DNA of 64,000 bases. Origin: Antedon mediterranea (lineage: Eukaryota > Animalia > Echinodermata). A model generated the notes under the pieces. That model ran no database searches, had not been told where the DNA came from, and saw only the letters and a list, made by a program, of their open reading frames with translations. The DNA is taken from assembly GCF_964355755.1 (NCBI RefSeq), contig NC_092674.1, positions 1,736,001 to 1,800,000 of the forward strand, written 5' to 3'. Positions 1 through 13,419 of the stretch are shown in pieces. Within the stretch, counting starts at the first letter, position 1. Every line of letters begins with the position of its first letter. The translations under genes were made by a program, and so were the position numbers.

Positions 1-2059
1 TCGCTAATTTGTTTAAATTTTGATTGTATTGATGATCCAGATTCAGGATGTTTGCGTTCGACGTGAGACTGAAGATAACCGACATGAACAAATGCTTTTG
101 GACAGTAGAGGCACTATATAGAAAGAAAATCAGTAAATAAATACAGGGATTTAAAATAAAAAATTATATTTATGTTTTTAAAAATCACACACACAAAAAG
201 AAAACTAAAGCTGTGTCTACACTATTAAACTTTATGCGACAAAAAAATGTGATGTGCCCAAATATGGACATGCTGATGTCATATCACTACTGTACCATAT
301 TTGGACATACCACTACCATGTTAGGTACATCACACATAACACTAGTTTGATAGTGTAGAAAGAGCTTAAGTAAACATTTATTACATTCAAAAAAGGTTAC
401 TTAATCTTACACTGATTTTAATTTTGAATTTTCAAAAAATCTCAAATGCAACTTTAAACTGTAGAGGGCAGTCTAACTAATTGTCTTTGCTCTGAAAACT
501 TACTTTATGATAGTTGTTTTCATTGGACTGTATAAAGCTTTGTTGGCTTGCTAACATTTTTTTGCGTCGTTTATTTTCTTGCTTAACTTGTTTAAGTTCT
601 TCTGTTTGTTTGCTTATTTTCATTGTGACGTTGCTGTGAGCTTCAACCATTTTTGCGAGTTTCTGTTCTAAAGTACTGACAACACTTCCAAGATGCTCCT
701 GAGAAATCTAAAATTAAGCAATTGAAAAAAGGAGGCAATACCCAGAGTCAATCCTTTCTTTCTAAAGCTCTGTCTCTACATTATCAAACTTTATGTGACA
801 AAAAATGTGATCACATCACACTTTTTTGTCAAACTAGATTGATAGTGTAGACAGAGCTTAACAGCATTTTTCCATACATACTCAATAATAAATCTTTTTA
901 GCTGAGACATTATGTCCAAGAATAATATTATTAAACAGGAAAGGATTACAACTCATGTACAAGTGCACGATAATGTGATTTTTTTCTGCAAGTAAGTTGA
1001 TCACTCACATAGGCAGATTCTAGTCTATGACGAGGAGCTTACACATTACCTAATCTGCACCTCAGATTCTAACAAAAAATACACTATATTAAAAATGTAC
1101 ATACCATTAAATATTCAATGATCATCTGAGCTAATTTGAATAATTTCACAAAGGTCGAGTCAACTGAACGGAGGTCAAGCTCCTGGTCAATGTTACAATA
1201 TGTCACATGCTGTATATTCTGCTGCAGAACGCTCCAATCAGCATCAGCTTTAATTCGATCAACATCCACAGCAGCTGTGTATTAAAAAAGTTAAAGTTTA
1301 TATATTATAATACTTTGTTACGTTGTTGTACGGCCTTGTGGAAAAAAAACCTTTCTGGTGAACGAGTTTTTTTATTGCTAGATTTTATTATTATTATTAT
1401 CATTATGATTCAGTGTTTTTGAAGCTGGATGAGATGTTTCAGTTAATTTTATGCCGTTTTACATTATTCTCAGAATTCCCTTGATTAAATTTTAATTGCA
1501 GAAAATAGATTAGTTACTACACTATTTTATATAACAGTCAGTTCTTTACATTCATGCTGTCCAGCCCATAGCCCAGTTTTTGGTGTGTTTTTTAAAATAG
1601 GTATTTTACTTTTTCACGCAAAAATCCTCTTTATGAGCTAGACTGGTTAAGTTAGGCCTATTTACCACACCTTCTTTTGGTGGTTGAGGGTCTCCTCCCC
1701 CTGGTTATGGCCTTGCTATTGTTCCCTTCACAAACCATCCAAAGCCCTGGAACATTCATTATACAGTTAAAAACAATTGCAAAACAAGTTTTAAAATATT
1801 ATTACTCTACAGTAAACTTTTCAAAAACCTTTGATACTTTTTTAAATATAAGCACAAAGGTTTTCAGATAGTTGACTCATACTCTATGGTTCTGGCTGTT
1901 GTTATTATTACCTATTTTACGCCAATCTAAACGCTCAGTCCTACGTGAAAACCGGAAGCTTCTTCGATTACCAGGCCCTTGAATTGAAGACTGCTGCTGC
2001 TGACTATTGGTGGTGGTGTGTGGAAAACCATTGCTTGAAGTATAGTATTCACTTTGCAT
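1..2059 (-). CDS. DZIP1: DZIP1/DZIP1L (iguana) ciliogenesis zinc-finger protein, 5' part; coding exons 2059-1912, 1274-1105, 707-504, 113-<1
   Basis: Spliced translation gives FRFSRRTERLDWRKI-AAVDVDRI...LQQNIQHVTYCNI...VDSTFVKLFKLAQMIIEYLM-ISQEHL (Dzip-like N domain), a coiled coil, then a C2H2 finger CLYCPKAFVHVGYLQSHVERKH. All junctions are GT-AG and phase-consistent. A probable 5'UTR exon donor lies at ~2981. Confidence 0.9.
207..368. mobile_element. Short TIR MITE family (AAGCTCTGTCTACACTATCAAAC ends); other copies ~764-860, ~9408-9545, ~15015-15052, ~21378-21525
   Basis: Recurrent inverted termini aagctctgtctacactatcaaact / agtttgatagtgtagacagagctt with a shared internal core. Harbinger-like assignment is inference. 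Confidence 0.7.
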
Positions 2060-3072
2060 GTCGATACATTCCTTTTGGTTCAACTTTCTTGATTGAATGC
2101 TGAGAATTAATTATTATTTTAATATAATGATGGCATATAATACTAATGCACTGTTAGTAATGTTACAGTATGTTTTGTAAGTGATGCTAATTCAAGTCTC
2201 AATTAAATAAATCTCTCTTTCTTTCTTCAATACTCAACGATTTTTAATTAAGTATATTTGTATTTAAGTTTTATATATTTTAAATATAAATGTTGTACAT
2301 TTTTTTATTTTTCATTTTTGGAAAAGAATTTCAGATTTTATTTGACCAAATAAACGCTGAGTAGCAAAAAGAATTGGTAGCTAGCGCCTCATGCATAGTG
2401 ACTGCTGGAGAGAGAGAGACACGGATGTATACGTTCAAAGTTTTTTTATGATCAAAAGCATTCGATTCTGGAATACGACGGCAAGCAATTTAACTTTAAA
2501 CTTCAATTTAACTAGTTTTTGAAAAGATTTAAGCTTTTTGATTTGAAATAATATTATTATTATTATATACTTTATATAGCCTAACCCAGGCCTAGGCCTA
2601 TATAGGCTATCATTAATTAAGCAATTCCAATTCCTGAAACAGGTGGTAAGTAAGATGTGTTGCTTGTGGGTATCTGGTGGTGTTTAGTAGGACCAGTCCT
2701 AAAACTAAACTGCCCTAAACCGCCTAGGCTACACTGTCTTCTACCTAGCCTAGCTACGTGTAGTACGGGGCCTAGAAGGGAATCCGTAGAGTAGGCCTCT
2801 ATCTAGGCTAGCTAGGCCTAGGCTAGGCTAGCCAGTTAAGCTTTTTACCTTTTTAGCCGGAGGGAGGCGAGCCTAGGCCTAGCCTTCATAAATAAACAAC
2901 GTTTCTTACATAAATTAAGAAACACTCCAGCACACATTAAGGTTTAACATACATTTTAAATTCGAAAAAAACTAAAAATACCTTTTAACTGCCTAACAAC
3001 AAAAGTTGTTTATAACAAAAACTCAAAACTATGTTGATGTTTTGCGCCCTCTATTGAAAATACAATTGAGTC

Positions 3073-4877
3073 TGGTGACTACTTCTTCGCATGCAGCTAA
3101 AGTAAAATGACGTCACGTTAAAGTGGGTCGTCACAGAGTCTCATGCATATTAATGAAGCAAACTTGCTGAGAGTTTTTTCACACACGCGACGCGAGATTT
3201 ATCGAAAAATATTAATTGTTTTCACTGCTGTGGATAATAAATAATATACTTTAATTTTAACATGACAGGAGAGCCTATATACTTCCAGTGCGAATAAAAA
3301 ATAATAATAATGTACAATATTAGTCACGTATTTTCAAATGCTGCAAGACATGAGACCCGAAATAGGCTAGGCCTAGGCCTCCTACTGTAGTGGCAGCGCA
3401 GTGCATACCTGAGAGCTAGGGTGGGTGGGAAGTTAGCTATACCGGGTTAGTGTACATCTGCACGATGCCACGCGGTAACGATGAAGGGGAGGATATGGAT
3501 GGCCTGATAGTGGGCAGTGTATACTGTATTTTAATTTAGTTAGGCCGCTAGTGAGTGGAGGGCCGTAGCCAGGATCTGTCAAGGGGGGGTTCGGACACTA
3601 AATATTTGGGTCAACCCCCAGCCTGATGCGAAGCGAATTTGGTTAAATGACACCCCTAGATGGCCGGAAAAGACACTCGTATACACCTATATAACCAATG
3701 AGCAAAAAGATCGTACTTTTTTCCTCCTCCTCAAACACGTCGATAATTTAAATGACGATAACTATTTGTTGCCGTACGTTAGATGCGCGTGCTCTGTGCG
3801 GAACCGCCGATTGTTTGATCATTTACTCCGTATTTTGTTTTGCGTTCAAGTTCAATGTGAACGTATATCTAGGAGCCGCCCCGAAAAAAGCACACTGGGT
3901 GAAGGCAAATGCTATTTGCTAGCTCTATCTATAATATTTATTTACAGCAATTTGTTGAGGAATATAAATATGTAAATAGGTGATATTGATACATTTTAGT
4001 ACGTATCGGCTGGTGGTCTAGAAAAAAATAATCGGATGCCATAATGTGAACTACAGTACTTGATACCATAGATAGTGTAAAATATTAATATTCACTATAA
4101 TCCTCTATGATACATTATACTTCATAGTCACACATAAATATTGATGTACGTCGGAAGGCTATATACTTTATGCATGCTGCCTCTGACTGCCAGTGATCTA
4201 AACAATAGGTACGCAGTTGTCTGGTGGTGTCCTTTGTACGAATCGTTCGTGCGCCAGCTCGCTATGGGACGCGTCAATATCATGTTACATGCAGGGACCA
4301 AACATTTATTTTTCAGGTTAAAATCGGCAATTCATTTGCAGCTTTTAGAAATTTACAGACACGTATCACTAGTTGACGCTCATACAGAGAAGAAGGTTCA
4401 CGAACAAGTTTACGAATTTTTCAATTTACAAACAACTTTTTGTACTGTGAGGCACGTATTTGGAGGATTTTTGGAGATGAGGGTGAGGTATTGGGCATGT
4501 CGGGGATGGGGGTTCGCAGTTGGTTAAGGGGGTTCGCTGTAAAGGGGGGTTTCGCCCGAACCATAAAAACTTCCCCTGGCTACGGGCCTGGAGTAGGTAT
4601 CATAGAAAGTCTGTCTAGGCCTAGGCATCTAAGCCAAATGGGTCGAATAAACAACTATATTTAATCTGCTTCTTTGTTATCAGGAACAATATCGGATTAT
4701 TTTCTGTACCACCGATCGCACCATCATTAATATCACTCTGAAAACATTTTGTAAAATCATGATGAGCGCACAAGAAGCAGAGACAAAACATTCTTTTGCA
4801 TATGCATGAGACTCTGTGACGACACGCTTTAACGTGACGTCATTTTACTTTAGCTGCATGCGAAGAAGTAGTCACCA
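3073..4877. mobile_element. Non-autonomous DNA transposon with ~78-bp TIRs and 7-bp TSD
   Basis: TIR tggtgactacttcttcgcatgcagctaaagtaaaatgacgtcacgttaaag... at 3073 has its reverse complement ending at 4877. TTGAGTC is duplicated at 3066-3072 and 4878-4884. Confidence 0.85.
3559..4590. mobile_element. Nested TIR element (hAT-like ends) inside the 3073-4877 element
   Basis: agggccgtagccagg at 3559 pairs with cctggctacgggcctg ending 4590. A related end occurs at ~6894. No clear TSD. Confidence 0.55.
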
Positions 4878-5029
4878 TTGAGTCTCTCTTCTTCTTGAAT
4901 TGAAAAGAGAGTGACGCTAAATACGTCGCGACGTCAGCACGACGCGTTGACGAGACGTCGTCGAGCGTTTGGAGTTACAGTCGTTCGTATACACATCGCA
5001 AGATTAGAAAAAGTTATTAGAATTAGAGA

Positions 5030-5200
5030 AGAAATTAAACAGAATGGAGAGTTGAAAATACATTCAATGAGAATATGCACAGAAGAGACACCATAATTGT
5101 GAACAATGTGGGAATAAATTCAACCAGAAAAGGAGTTGAAGATACATTTGAAAATACACACAGGAGAGACACCATGAATGTGAACATTGTGCAGATGGAG
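5030..5200 (+). pseudogene. Degenerate C2H2 zinc-finger array fragment
   Basis: Reads CEQCGNKFNQK, ELKIHLKIHTGETP and ECEHC across stops and frameshifts (HTGE.P linker remnants). Confidence 0.65.
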
Positions 5201-6247
5201 CGTTGAAAAAATACAAACATGTCCGAAGATCCGATCGTGATTAATCGTTCTGGAGAATGTGATCCAAAAAGTGGCGCGCTCGAGTTCCCGTTTATTATTA
5301 GCTTATTCTATTTTGGTACCACTGATTTAAATTGCCTTGATCTGATTGGTGCATTCTTTTCCATACAAAGGGGAACCAAAGGCCCTTTCTTTTTATTAGA
5401 GTGTGTGTCAACCGTGATCTGGATTGAATATTGAAAACACAATTACAAAAGCAGTAGTTCATAGCTATTGATACGATAAATCCAAATATAAAAGGTTGAA
5501 TAGTTAGTTAGATAGCGTGCGTCAATGAGAACAATAGTGTTGCTATTTTTGTTATGGTTTATCGAATCAAGGAAGTAACCACAATATTTTAAAACGTATA
5601 TAGAAAACTTGTTGGATAAAAAACACCAAAAACGTATTAGAATTATGTTTCTTCGTAAAGTAATATTATTTTTTATATCCACACAGGTGTATGCACAAAA
5701 TGGTAAGTAAAATTGTAGTGTGGACGTACGTACATGCTTATTGTATGGATACTTTTTTGTTCTACTGAATACCAAGTCTGATCATCATAAACAGCAGGGC
5801 TTACAAACTTTTCTTACTTCTACCGCGCAAAGTACCCGAGTTTGTTTGTTTGGACCCGTAGGTGGTTGTAAATCATCACCAACTCCTGGGTATATAATGT
5901 ATATAATAAATAAATTTATTTGTTGCCTAGTGAAGATGACACGCCACTAATGTTAATTCTAAAGATATCAACAGTCACCCATGACCTATAGGCATGATAG
6001 ATAAATAAGCCAACCAGAGGTGGCTAAAGCAACATGGCTGACTCAAAGAGCTAGTCCTACATAACTTAGGTCTAAGTTGCTTGCATGGTAAGGGTTATAA
6101 TATATAGCTTATACGACCCTTCTTTACTTTCTGTGCAGCAAGACTTTACTATGACATGACTGGACGAGTAGCTTATGATATTTATAATAGTAATACGCCT
6201 ACCTTGTCGGTTAACATTAGAATTACATTTTTATTTTTTTCATAAAG

Positions 6248-9200
6248 CAAAGTTACTAAACGTGGATTTGTTTTGCCCTCGTGCAACAATTGATAGTTCG
6301 TCAGCTGAGGAAGTAATTATTATAGGTTATACACAAAATGTATCAAAACCTGTTAATCTGACGGTTAGTCGACTTCAGAATCAAGCAGTTCAAACTGTCA
6401 TCTCAGAAAATGGCGTTGCAGAAACAGGAAGCACAAACTTTCCCGCCGGAACGCAGACGACAGTAGGAGCAGACGGCGATTTTCTGTCAGTTCGTATTCC
6501 CGGCACCGTGGACACAAAAGACAAAATAGGAGGATTTTATTTTCGTGTTGATAACCGAGTTGGTTCTGGTTATACGGGAGTTGTTTTACAATCATCTTCA
6601 GGTATATAATTTAAAATCTAATATAACTTTGAATTCAATTTCATTTCGATAATAAATATTCAATCATGAGAAGGAAAATATATGCAATTTACTTTTAAAT
6701 AATGTGTAAATACCTGTTTATTAAAGAATGATACTTTTTTTTCGATGAAATAAAAGTGGGAAGAACCCACAAAAGACAAAAACAAATGAGGTGGGAAATA
6801 TTTTAATTTTTTGTTAAAATCTCAGATATGTTGGACGAAAGCCTTGTTGGAAAATACAAGTTATGCAAATCATTGACAAATTAAAAGCATTTCCAGGGCC
6901 GTAGCCAGCATGAAACGTCTGAAATCTCCAACACAGATCGTCATATTTTATATTTAATAATTATATTTAAACCATTTTTGCCTCGTCTGTTTTTTAAAAT
7001 CTCGACCTTGATTTCATTAAATCAACAAACCCTACGATAATAATTCTACTTAATTTTTAGCAAGCACGGTTCCAGTAGAAAGGACGATAACCTCTGGTCT
7101 TGGCGACAGAGTTACCATACAAATGACCACGGATCTGCCAAACAACGACTTAAGATGGAGACATAACTATGGTGACGTCGTCACTAAATGGAACGGTTTG
7201 TCAAATGTTACAATAGACATTGTTCGGTTAAAAGACGATGGTATCTATGAATGTTTCCATGAAAACAGTCCTGATGAAAATGCTGGTTTTACACGTCTTA
7301 TTGTAAGAGGTATTATATTTTTAACATATTTTTTGTTTGTGATTTTTAAAGAGTTTTCACATGTTTAGAAAGATATATTGTACGGTATATTTACCCAGGT
7401 GATCGAAATGGGTACCGGTATGTAAAAAGTACTGGGAAGGTAAATCAGACTCGTTTGTGCGGGAGGAGTGGCCGTTAGCATTAGCTTAGGTTTCGAATTT
7501 ACCTTATGTTTAAATTACCCTTTAAAAGTTTCGTGTTTTATAGTAGGCCTAATAATGCCTCGTGAAACATTGAGATTCATGTGGTTTTTTTCAGAGTGTT
7601 CATCTTCAAGATGGAATCCACCTGTATGTGATAAGATGTGTCCCGTATGTTACAATGGTGGCGTTTGTGATGCTGTCTCAGGAACCTGTATCTGTTTACC
7701 GGGGTTTAAGGGGCATGATTGTGCTATTGGTATGTATAAAACTGATAGGTACGATCATATTTAGAACGTATTGAACATTACGGTATACCGTATGACACAT
7801 ACATAATATTGTACTACAATGATATTGGACGTAAAGCACTATTGGTATCCATCATACCATGGAGACATATAAGTTGGGACCTCATGATTAGACTATTATT
7901 TGCAATGGTGGTCTGAATCTGAAGAACCATCGTTAAAGATGTTTTGTCCCTCAAAAGCCTGAAAATTCCTCATAATCTGCATCACTTTAGTTTATTAACT
8001 TATTTACCTCTTTCAGTCAACAAATTAAACAAACATTCTTTTTCTTTTTTCTTAACATGTTCAGTGTGTGCATCTGATACGTTCAGTCGTGACTGTTTGT
8101 CTGCTTGTTCCGCTTTATCCAATGAAGGCTGCCGTGGTTCACTAATATGCCCGTCTGATCCAGTAGGCTGCAGTTGTGCAAATGGTTTTGGCGGAAAATC
8201 CTGCACAGAAAGTAATAATTATTATTTTAATATTAAACATTGCTGATGGTGATGGGGATAAGGGTGAAAAAGAACATGATGATAAAAATAATAAATGACC
8301 ACGCCAATTGCGAGTGTGTACAGATACTTTTAATAACTAAACCACAATTTGATCACACCACAAAAAATCGCGCAGATGAAACGAAGAAATAAGGATGAAG
8401 ATTATAATGTTGAAAGAAAGAATAATCATAAACAAAAACAAAAAATTCACTTATGGGTATTTAACGAAAATTGTAAACAATAAAATATAAATTATTTGAA
8501 CATTATTTGATACTCACAGTTTCTAACTTGTGCATTGCGATGATGGCATCAATATTCTTTCTTTTGTTGACAGCGTGTGAGCCTGGTTTGTACGGTGCTG
8601 GATGTAATCGTGTTTGTAACTGTGATCCTGAATTTTGTGACAGGCGATCTGGTTGTATCATCAGTAACTGTTTACCGGGCTATACCGGTCCACAATGCCA
8701 AGGTATTTAAAGGTGTTTTTCCCTAATTCACTTCAGTTCATTCAATTTTTTCTTTCCAAAAAAGGAAGAAAGTAATAAAACAACATTTTTTTTTAAAGAT
8801 CAAATTACATTTGATGATAATAAAAGTGGGATGATCCCACAAAAGACCAAACAAATGAAATTAGAAGTGAAAAATACAAAATAAACAAAAATAAAATAAT
8901 AAGCAACAGAAACATTACCAAAATACTTTTGTAAATGTTTATTTTCAATAATATTATTTGAAAATTCTACACTGCAAATCACTCGACGTATTTTCTAAAT
9001 CTAATTTCTACAAATGTTTGTATACATTCTTTCCAGTTTTTCTTACTATATAGGTTTCTCTATTATTATTAATTTTAGAGTTAACGTTAGCGAGTGAGTG
9101 CCCAGAAGGTTACTATGGCGTACTATGCAACTATCAATGTCACTGCAAATATTCCACAAGATGTGATCGAGATGGAAAGTGTAGTGGAGGTTGTGATACC

Positions 9201-12200
9201 CACTGGAACCATGGCAGTGGCAGTGTTGACTGTAGTATAGGTAATTAATCATATACTTAACACGAACCAGACTGTTTTGTCTTCTTTTGTAATAATTAGA
9301 TTATAATTTTTAACTTTATTATATAAGTATTTCCCCCGACATTAAGCAACGAGATTCAACACTATGATGTAAATGCATTGTCTATTATGTCATCGATTTT
9401 AACTTGTTAAGCCTTGTCGACACTTTATGGGACAAAAAATGTATATATGGACATGATGATGTCATATCACTGCCATATTTGGGCATATCACTACTATATT
9501 TGGGCATATCACGGTTTTTTTTTGGTCAAATTAGTTTATATCAGATTTCTTTTTGTTTCTAGCCCTGGCAGTCCTTAGTCACCCGCCTCGCGTGGTTTCA
9601 CGAAACCAAAGTTCCATTACCATCGATTTCACATGGTCACCAGAAGAAGACTACGGTACTGGTGACGTCTCGGCTCACCTCTTGCACTACAATCTGACTA
9701 CAGACGACATGACCACGGAGTTTTTAAGTAAAAATCAATATACGATACAACAGTTACCTGCGGACTCGTTAGTATCATTCTACGTAGAGCATATACAAGT
9801 TTTCAATAATTCTAACTTACATGGTCCTCTTAGTCCAGTTGGTACTGCACTTACTACCTGCACAGGTAAGCAATCATGTTTATAACATTACAAAATTTAT
9901 TTTTCCTATTAAACATCATACATTCGCTGTAGATTCACCACTGTTATTTGTGTCCCTATACATTTTGTTATTACAGAGCCGAAAGACAAACCTTCCATTA
10001 CGGTGTTACGGTCAGGCGATACTGCAAAGATTACTTTACAGGTAAGTTGTTGTTGCTATACCTTTAACAGAAAAAACCTGTTTCTATAGGTATATACACA
10101 TTTAGTGTTTGGAACGCAGTTATAAGTTATACGGTAGTATTCAGTTAGTTGCATAATTATTTTGTAATATTTTCACAAAGGGTGTTCAAAGTATAATCCA
10201 ACGAATAGGATGTGATCGGATCATCGAATATGAAGTGAGGTACATGCGATCATATGATATGGACGAATCTATGATAACAGTTGATTATGATTATGACAAG
10301 CACGTATCAATCACGGGTTTGTCAGAGTGTTTGGCATATCAGATAGATGCAAGAGTTGTTAATAATGAAAAGTTCAAGGGACCATGGAGTAATACTGTTG
10401 AAACAGAAGGAACGTTACCAGGTAATAGGATGCTGCTATTAGCTTGGTTCCCACTAGTGACGCAACGCAAGGACATAACGTAACGTTGTCACACACCGCT
10501 GCCACCAAATTATGTCACGAACTCCTTTTAAGTATGTTTCCGAGCGGTTAAAAATACTTTAGGAACTCCCGTGACATAAAAGTATACACACAAAATCCAC
10601 AAAGATGTAAAATAACTCAAATAACAAAGCTTTAATTTCAATCAACTTCAACTTTCAACAATCCAGTAAGCACTTTAAACAACAGCTTCATAATAACTTT
10701 TACACTCGAATATCCAACCTCTAATATCCAACCTTCTTCAATATAAATTCTTCAATCAAAAATCCTTCTCCCTCCGTACAATTGTCATACTTCCCCTTAT
10801 ATACAAGATGTTCATAACCTTCTAGATAATTCCTTATACTTTATTGGATTACAGTTTCTATTAATAGTATACTTCTGGAATGTTCCTGATTGTTTTTATA
10901 TTAATTATACATGGTTTCTTAAATCTAAACATACTCTTATTCTAGAATGTTTATGTAGATACTGTTACTGTATATGTTAGGGAATGGTAAATTATTACAA
11001 ACGTAAGTGATTTGAACAGTGGCTTGTCATTTGTCAACTCGCTTGTGTTGCGCGTACTTCCTTGCGTCATAGTGGGGAACCACGCTTAACACTCACCATA
11101 TTATGAATACACAGGTTATATAAATTCTTCATGGTAAATAAACAAATTTTACCAATGAAATTTGTTTTATAAATACTGCTTTGTCTAGTTACTGTCTAGT
11201 TACTAGACTTTGGAAAACTTATTTTCTTCATTTTGAAAAAGTTAACTGGTCTAACTTTTCTTGACAAACTCGAGTTTTTTTTTAATTCAACAAATAATTT
11301 TTTGCTAGTTTATAACAAATACGGACACTGGATGCATGTGGTGTGATATAATACTATTTATTATTTTACTTTCTTCATTTATTTTAGCTCCAAAAAATCT
11401 CAGAGATTCGAAAGTAAAAGACCGTTCTTTCACTATCCAGTGGGAAACTTTGACATGTAGCGAGGGCGACATGTCATACAATTACGCCTTAACGAATGAT
11501 GACGTCACTTTGGCTGAGAGTTCAACGCTTGATACTGTACACGTATTTGAAGAAGGAATCACGCCGTGTACACGGTATGACGTCACCGTATTTGCGTCGG
11601 CAAATGATGTCACGGGTGTTAGTTCTACAATTAGTGTGATCACACGTACGTTACATCGGATTAGACTTAGTACTTAATGTCAATTTAAGAGATTCTCGTT
11701 TGAAAATTATTTTTCATTCTCTTAAACATTTATTGCGTCATTATCTTTACTTAGAATAGTCACAAAACAAAGGTTTCTTGTGATGAAGTCCTGCTAATTA
11801 AAATGAATTTATCTCTCAAATAATCCAATGTAAATTTCAATTATTTAAAGATCCGGCTGCACCACAAGTTGACCATAGCAAAGTAACTACGTCATCGATA
11901 TACGTAAAATGGTTACAGACTACTTGTACGCGTATTACTGGATATCACGTGGTATTGAATGGGACTGGGTTTGATAAAAATAAGAATACAAGTGACGTGT
12001 ACGTTGTATTTGATGAAGAAGATGGTGTGTCTGCAAACTCTATGTTTACAATTAAGGTACAAAAGTTACTCCTAAATTTATGTTAAAACAAACAATGTTT
12101 CAAACGGATTTCACGTAAATCCGTGTTACATCTAAACGTTGTTTTCTTTGTTCCTGTGTAGATTGCTGCAATTACCGATAACGGTTACGGGCCATATTCG

Positions 12201-13278
12201 TCAGAATTAACGGTATCAACTCCCGTATCAACGTACGATTTTACGACACTTATCCCAAGTGATTCATCTGACTTAAGTACCACCAGCAACGGAACAGTGT
12301 CACCAACTACAGATGTAATAGTCGGTATGTACTAGTAATATTGATAATAAAACATTCCGTTCTTATGATACAATTTTATATTCTTAGTTTTTAGTTCTTT
12401 CATTTCTTAAAAATATTTTCACAATATGAAATTACACCAAATTAGAATTGAAAGAAATAAAATGTTTGATTGAGTGAATATATTATTATAATTATATGTT
12501 ATAACGTTTATTGTTTTTGTCTTTTGAATAGGAGGCGATATAATCGCAATAGTAGTTGGTAGTGCTTTGGTTATCATCATCATAATGTCTTGTATACGCG
12601 TTATACGATCGCGGTAAGAACACTGAGCCTACGTGTTTTCCTTTTTAAAGTAAACTCCAGGTAGGCCCATACCTAGGCTTATCATCAGATGCTGTCTGTC
12701 CCGTGACTGAAACCATTGGGAATAAACCCTAAAACGCCCGTAAAATATTAGATAGTTAGTTTTTTTTTTTATTCTTTGCTTCCTAAAGATTAGTTTCCAC
12801 TAGGACGCAACGCAACGAAGTAAGCGCACCACAAGTATATTGACCAATCAAAACGCGATGGATCATTTGAAATGCCGCTTGTGATTGGTCAACTAACTTG
12901 CGTTGAGCTTACGTCATTGCGTTGCGTCCAAGTTGGAACCAAGCTTTATGGAGAATACAAAAGAAACAAACAATGTACGTCATCTTCTATTTGCTTGATC
13001 GAATGTATAGTTTATAGTCAATTTGTACTCCTTTTTCAACAGGATTCGTGACAAGGGCGATACCCCTGAAATGGTTGATTTAAACATAAACAAACGTTAC
13101 TCTAAAGACGGAGGTAGGTAGTACAATTTCATACTTTCAACGACGAAGTTGCAAAATCTGGTTGCTAGAAAATAAATAAATCAAAATGTAATATCAAATA
13201 TACGTTACGTTTATTTCAGATTATTCAAGCAATTCTACGACTAACGACACGTTTACGGAGACACATTCATCAACGTGA
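6248..13278 (+). CDS. Tie/angiopoietin-receptor-like single-pass membrane protein (Ig-like, EGF repeats, 4 FN3, TM, short tail); exons 6248-6601, 7061-7309, 7595-7729, 8065-8211, 8574-8702, 9079-9240, 9563-9865, 9977-10041, 10181-10421, 11388-11645, 11851-12056, 12162-12324, 12532-12613, 13043-13113, 13220-13278
   Basis: Ig motif LRWRHN...DDGIYEC...RLIVR is followed by Tie-type EGF repeats (CPVCYNGGVCDAVSGTCICLPGFKGHDC; CPSDPVGCSCANGFGG), FN3 repeats and TM IIAIVVGSALVIIIIMSCI. Stop TGA at 13276-13278. Splice phases are consistent. The signal-peptide exon was not located. Confidence 0.85.
10441..11087. mobile_element. MITE family with AGCTTGGTTCCCACTAG ends (this copy carries an LTR insertion); other copies ~12790-12945, ~15050-15172, ~18840-18995, ~19862-20033
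   Basis: Shared inverted ends cttggttcccactag / tgggaaccaagct and internal acgcaacgcaa / ttgcgttgcgt motifs. Confidence 0.7.
10487..10999 (-). mobile_element. LTR retrotransposon remnant (LTR + PBS) with 5-bp TSD
   Basis: TGT...ACA boundaries, with AACGT duplicated at 10482-10486 and 11000-11004. On the minus strand the LTR ends gtgaca at 10513 and is followed by PBS-like TGGTGGCAGCGG. Confidence 0.75.
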
Positions 13279-13419
13279 AGAAACGCATACGTAAATCAAA
13301 CGTAAACACATACGTAAACTAAACGTAATTCACTTCAATTGTAAATATTCAATAGCATGTACAATCAAAAATATATTATATATAAGTTTTTATAATACAC
13401 AATAACAATAGAAGGGACG

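Noticed and set aside
4141-4664. ORFs of 128 and 74 aa inside the nested TIR element as a transposase
   Set aside because: No recognisable catalytic or DNA-binding motifs.
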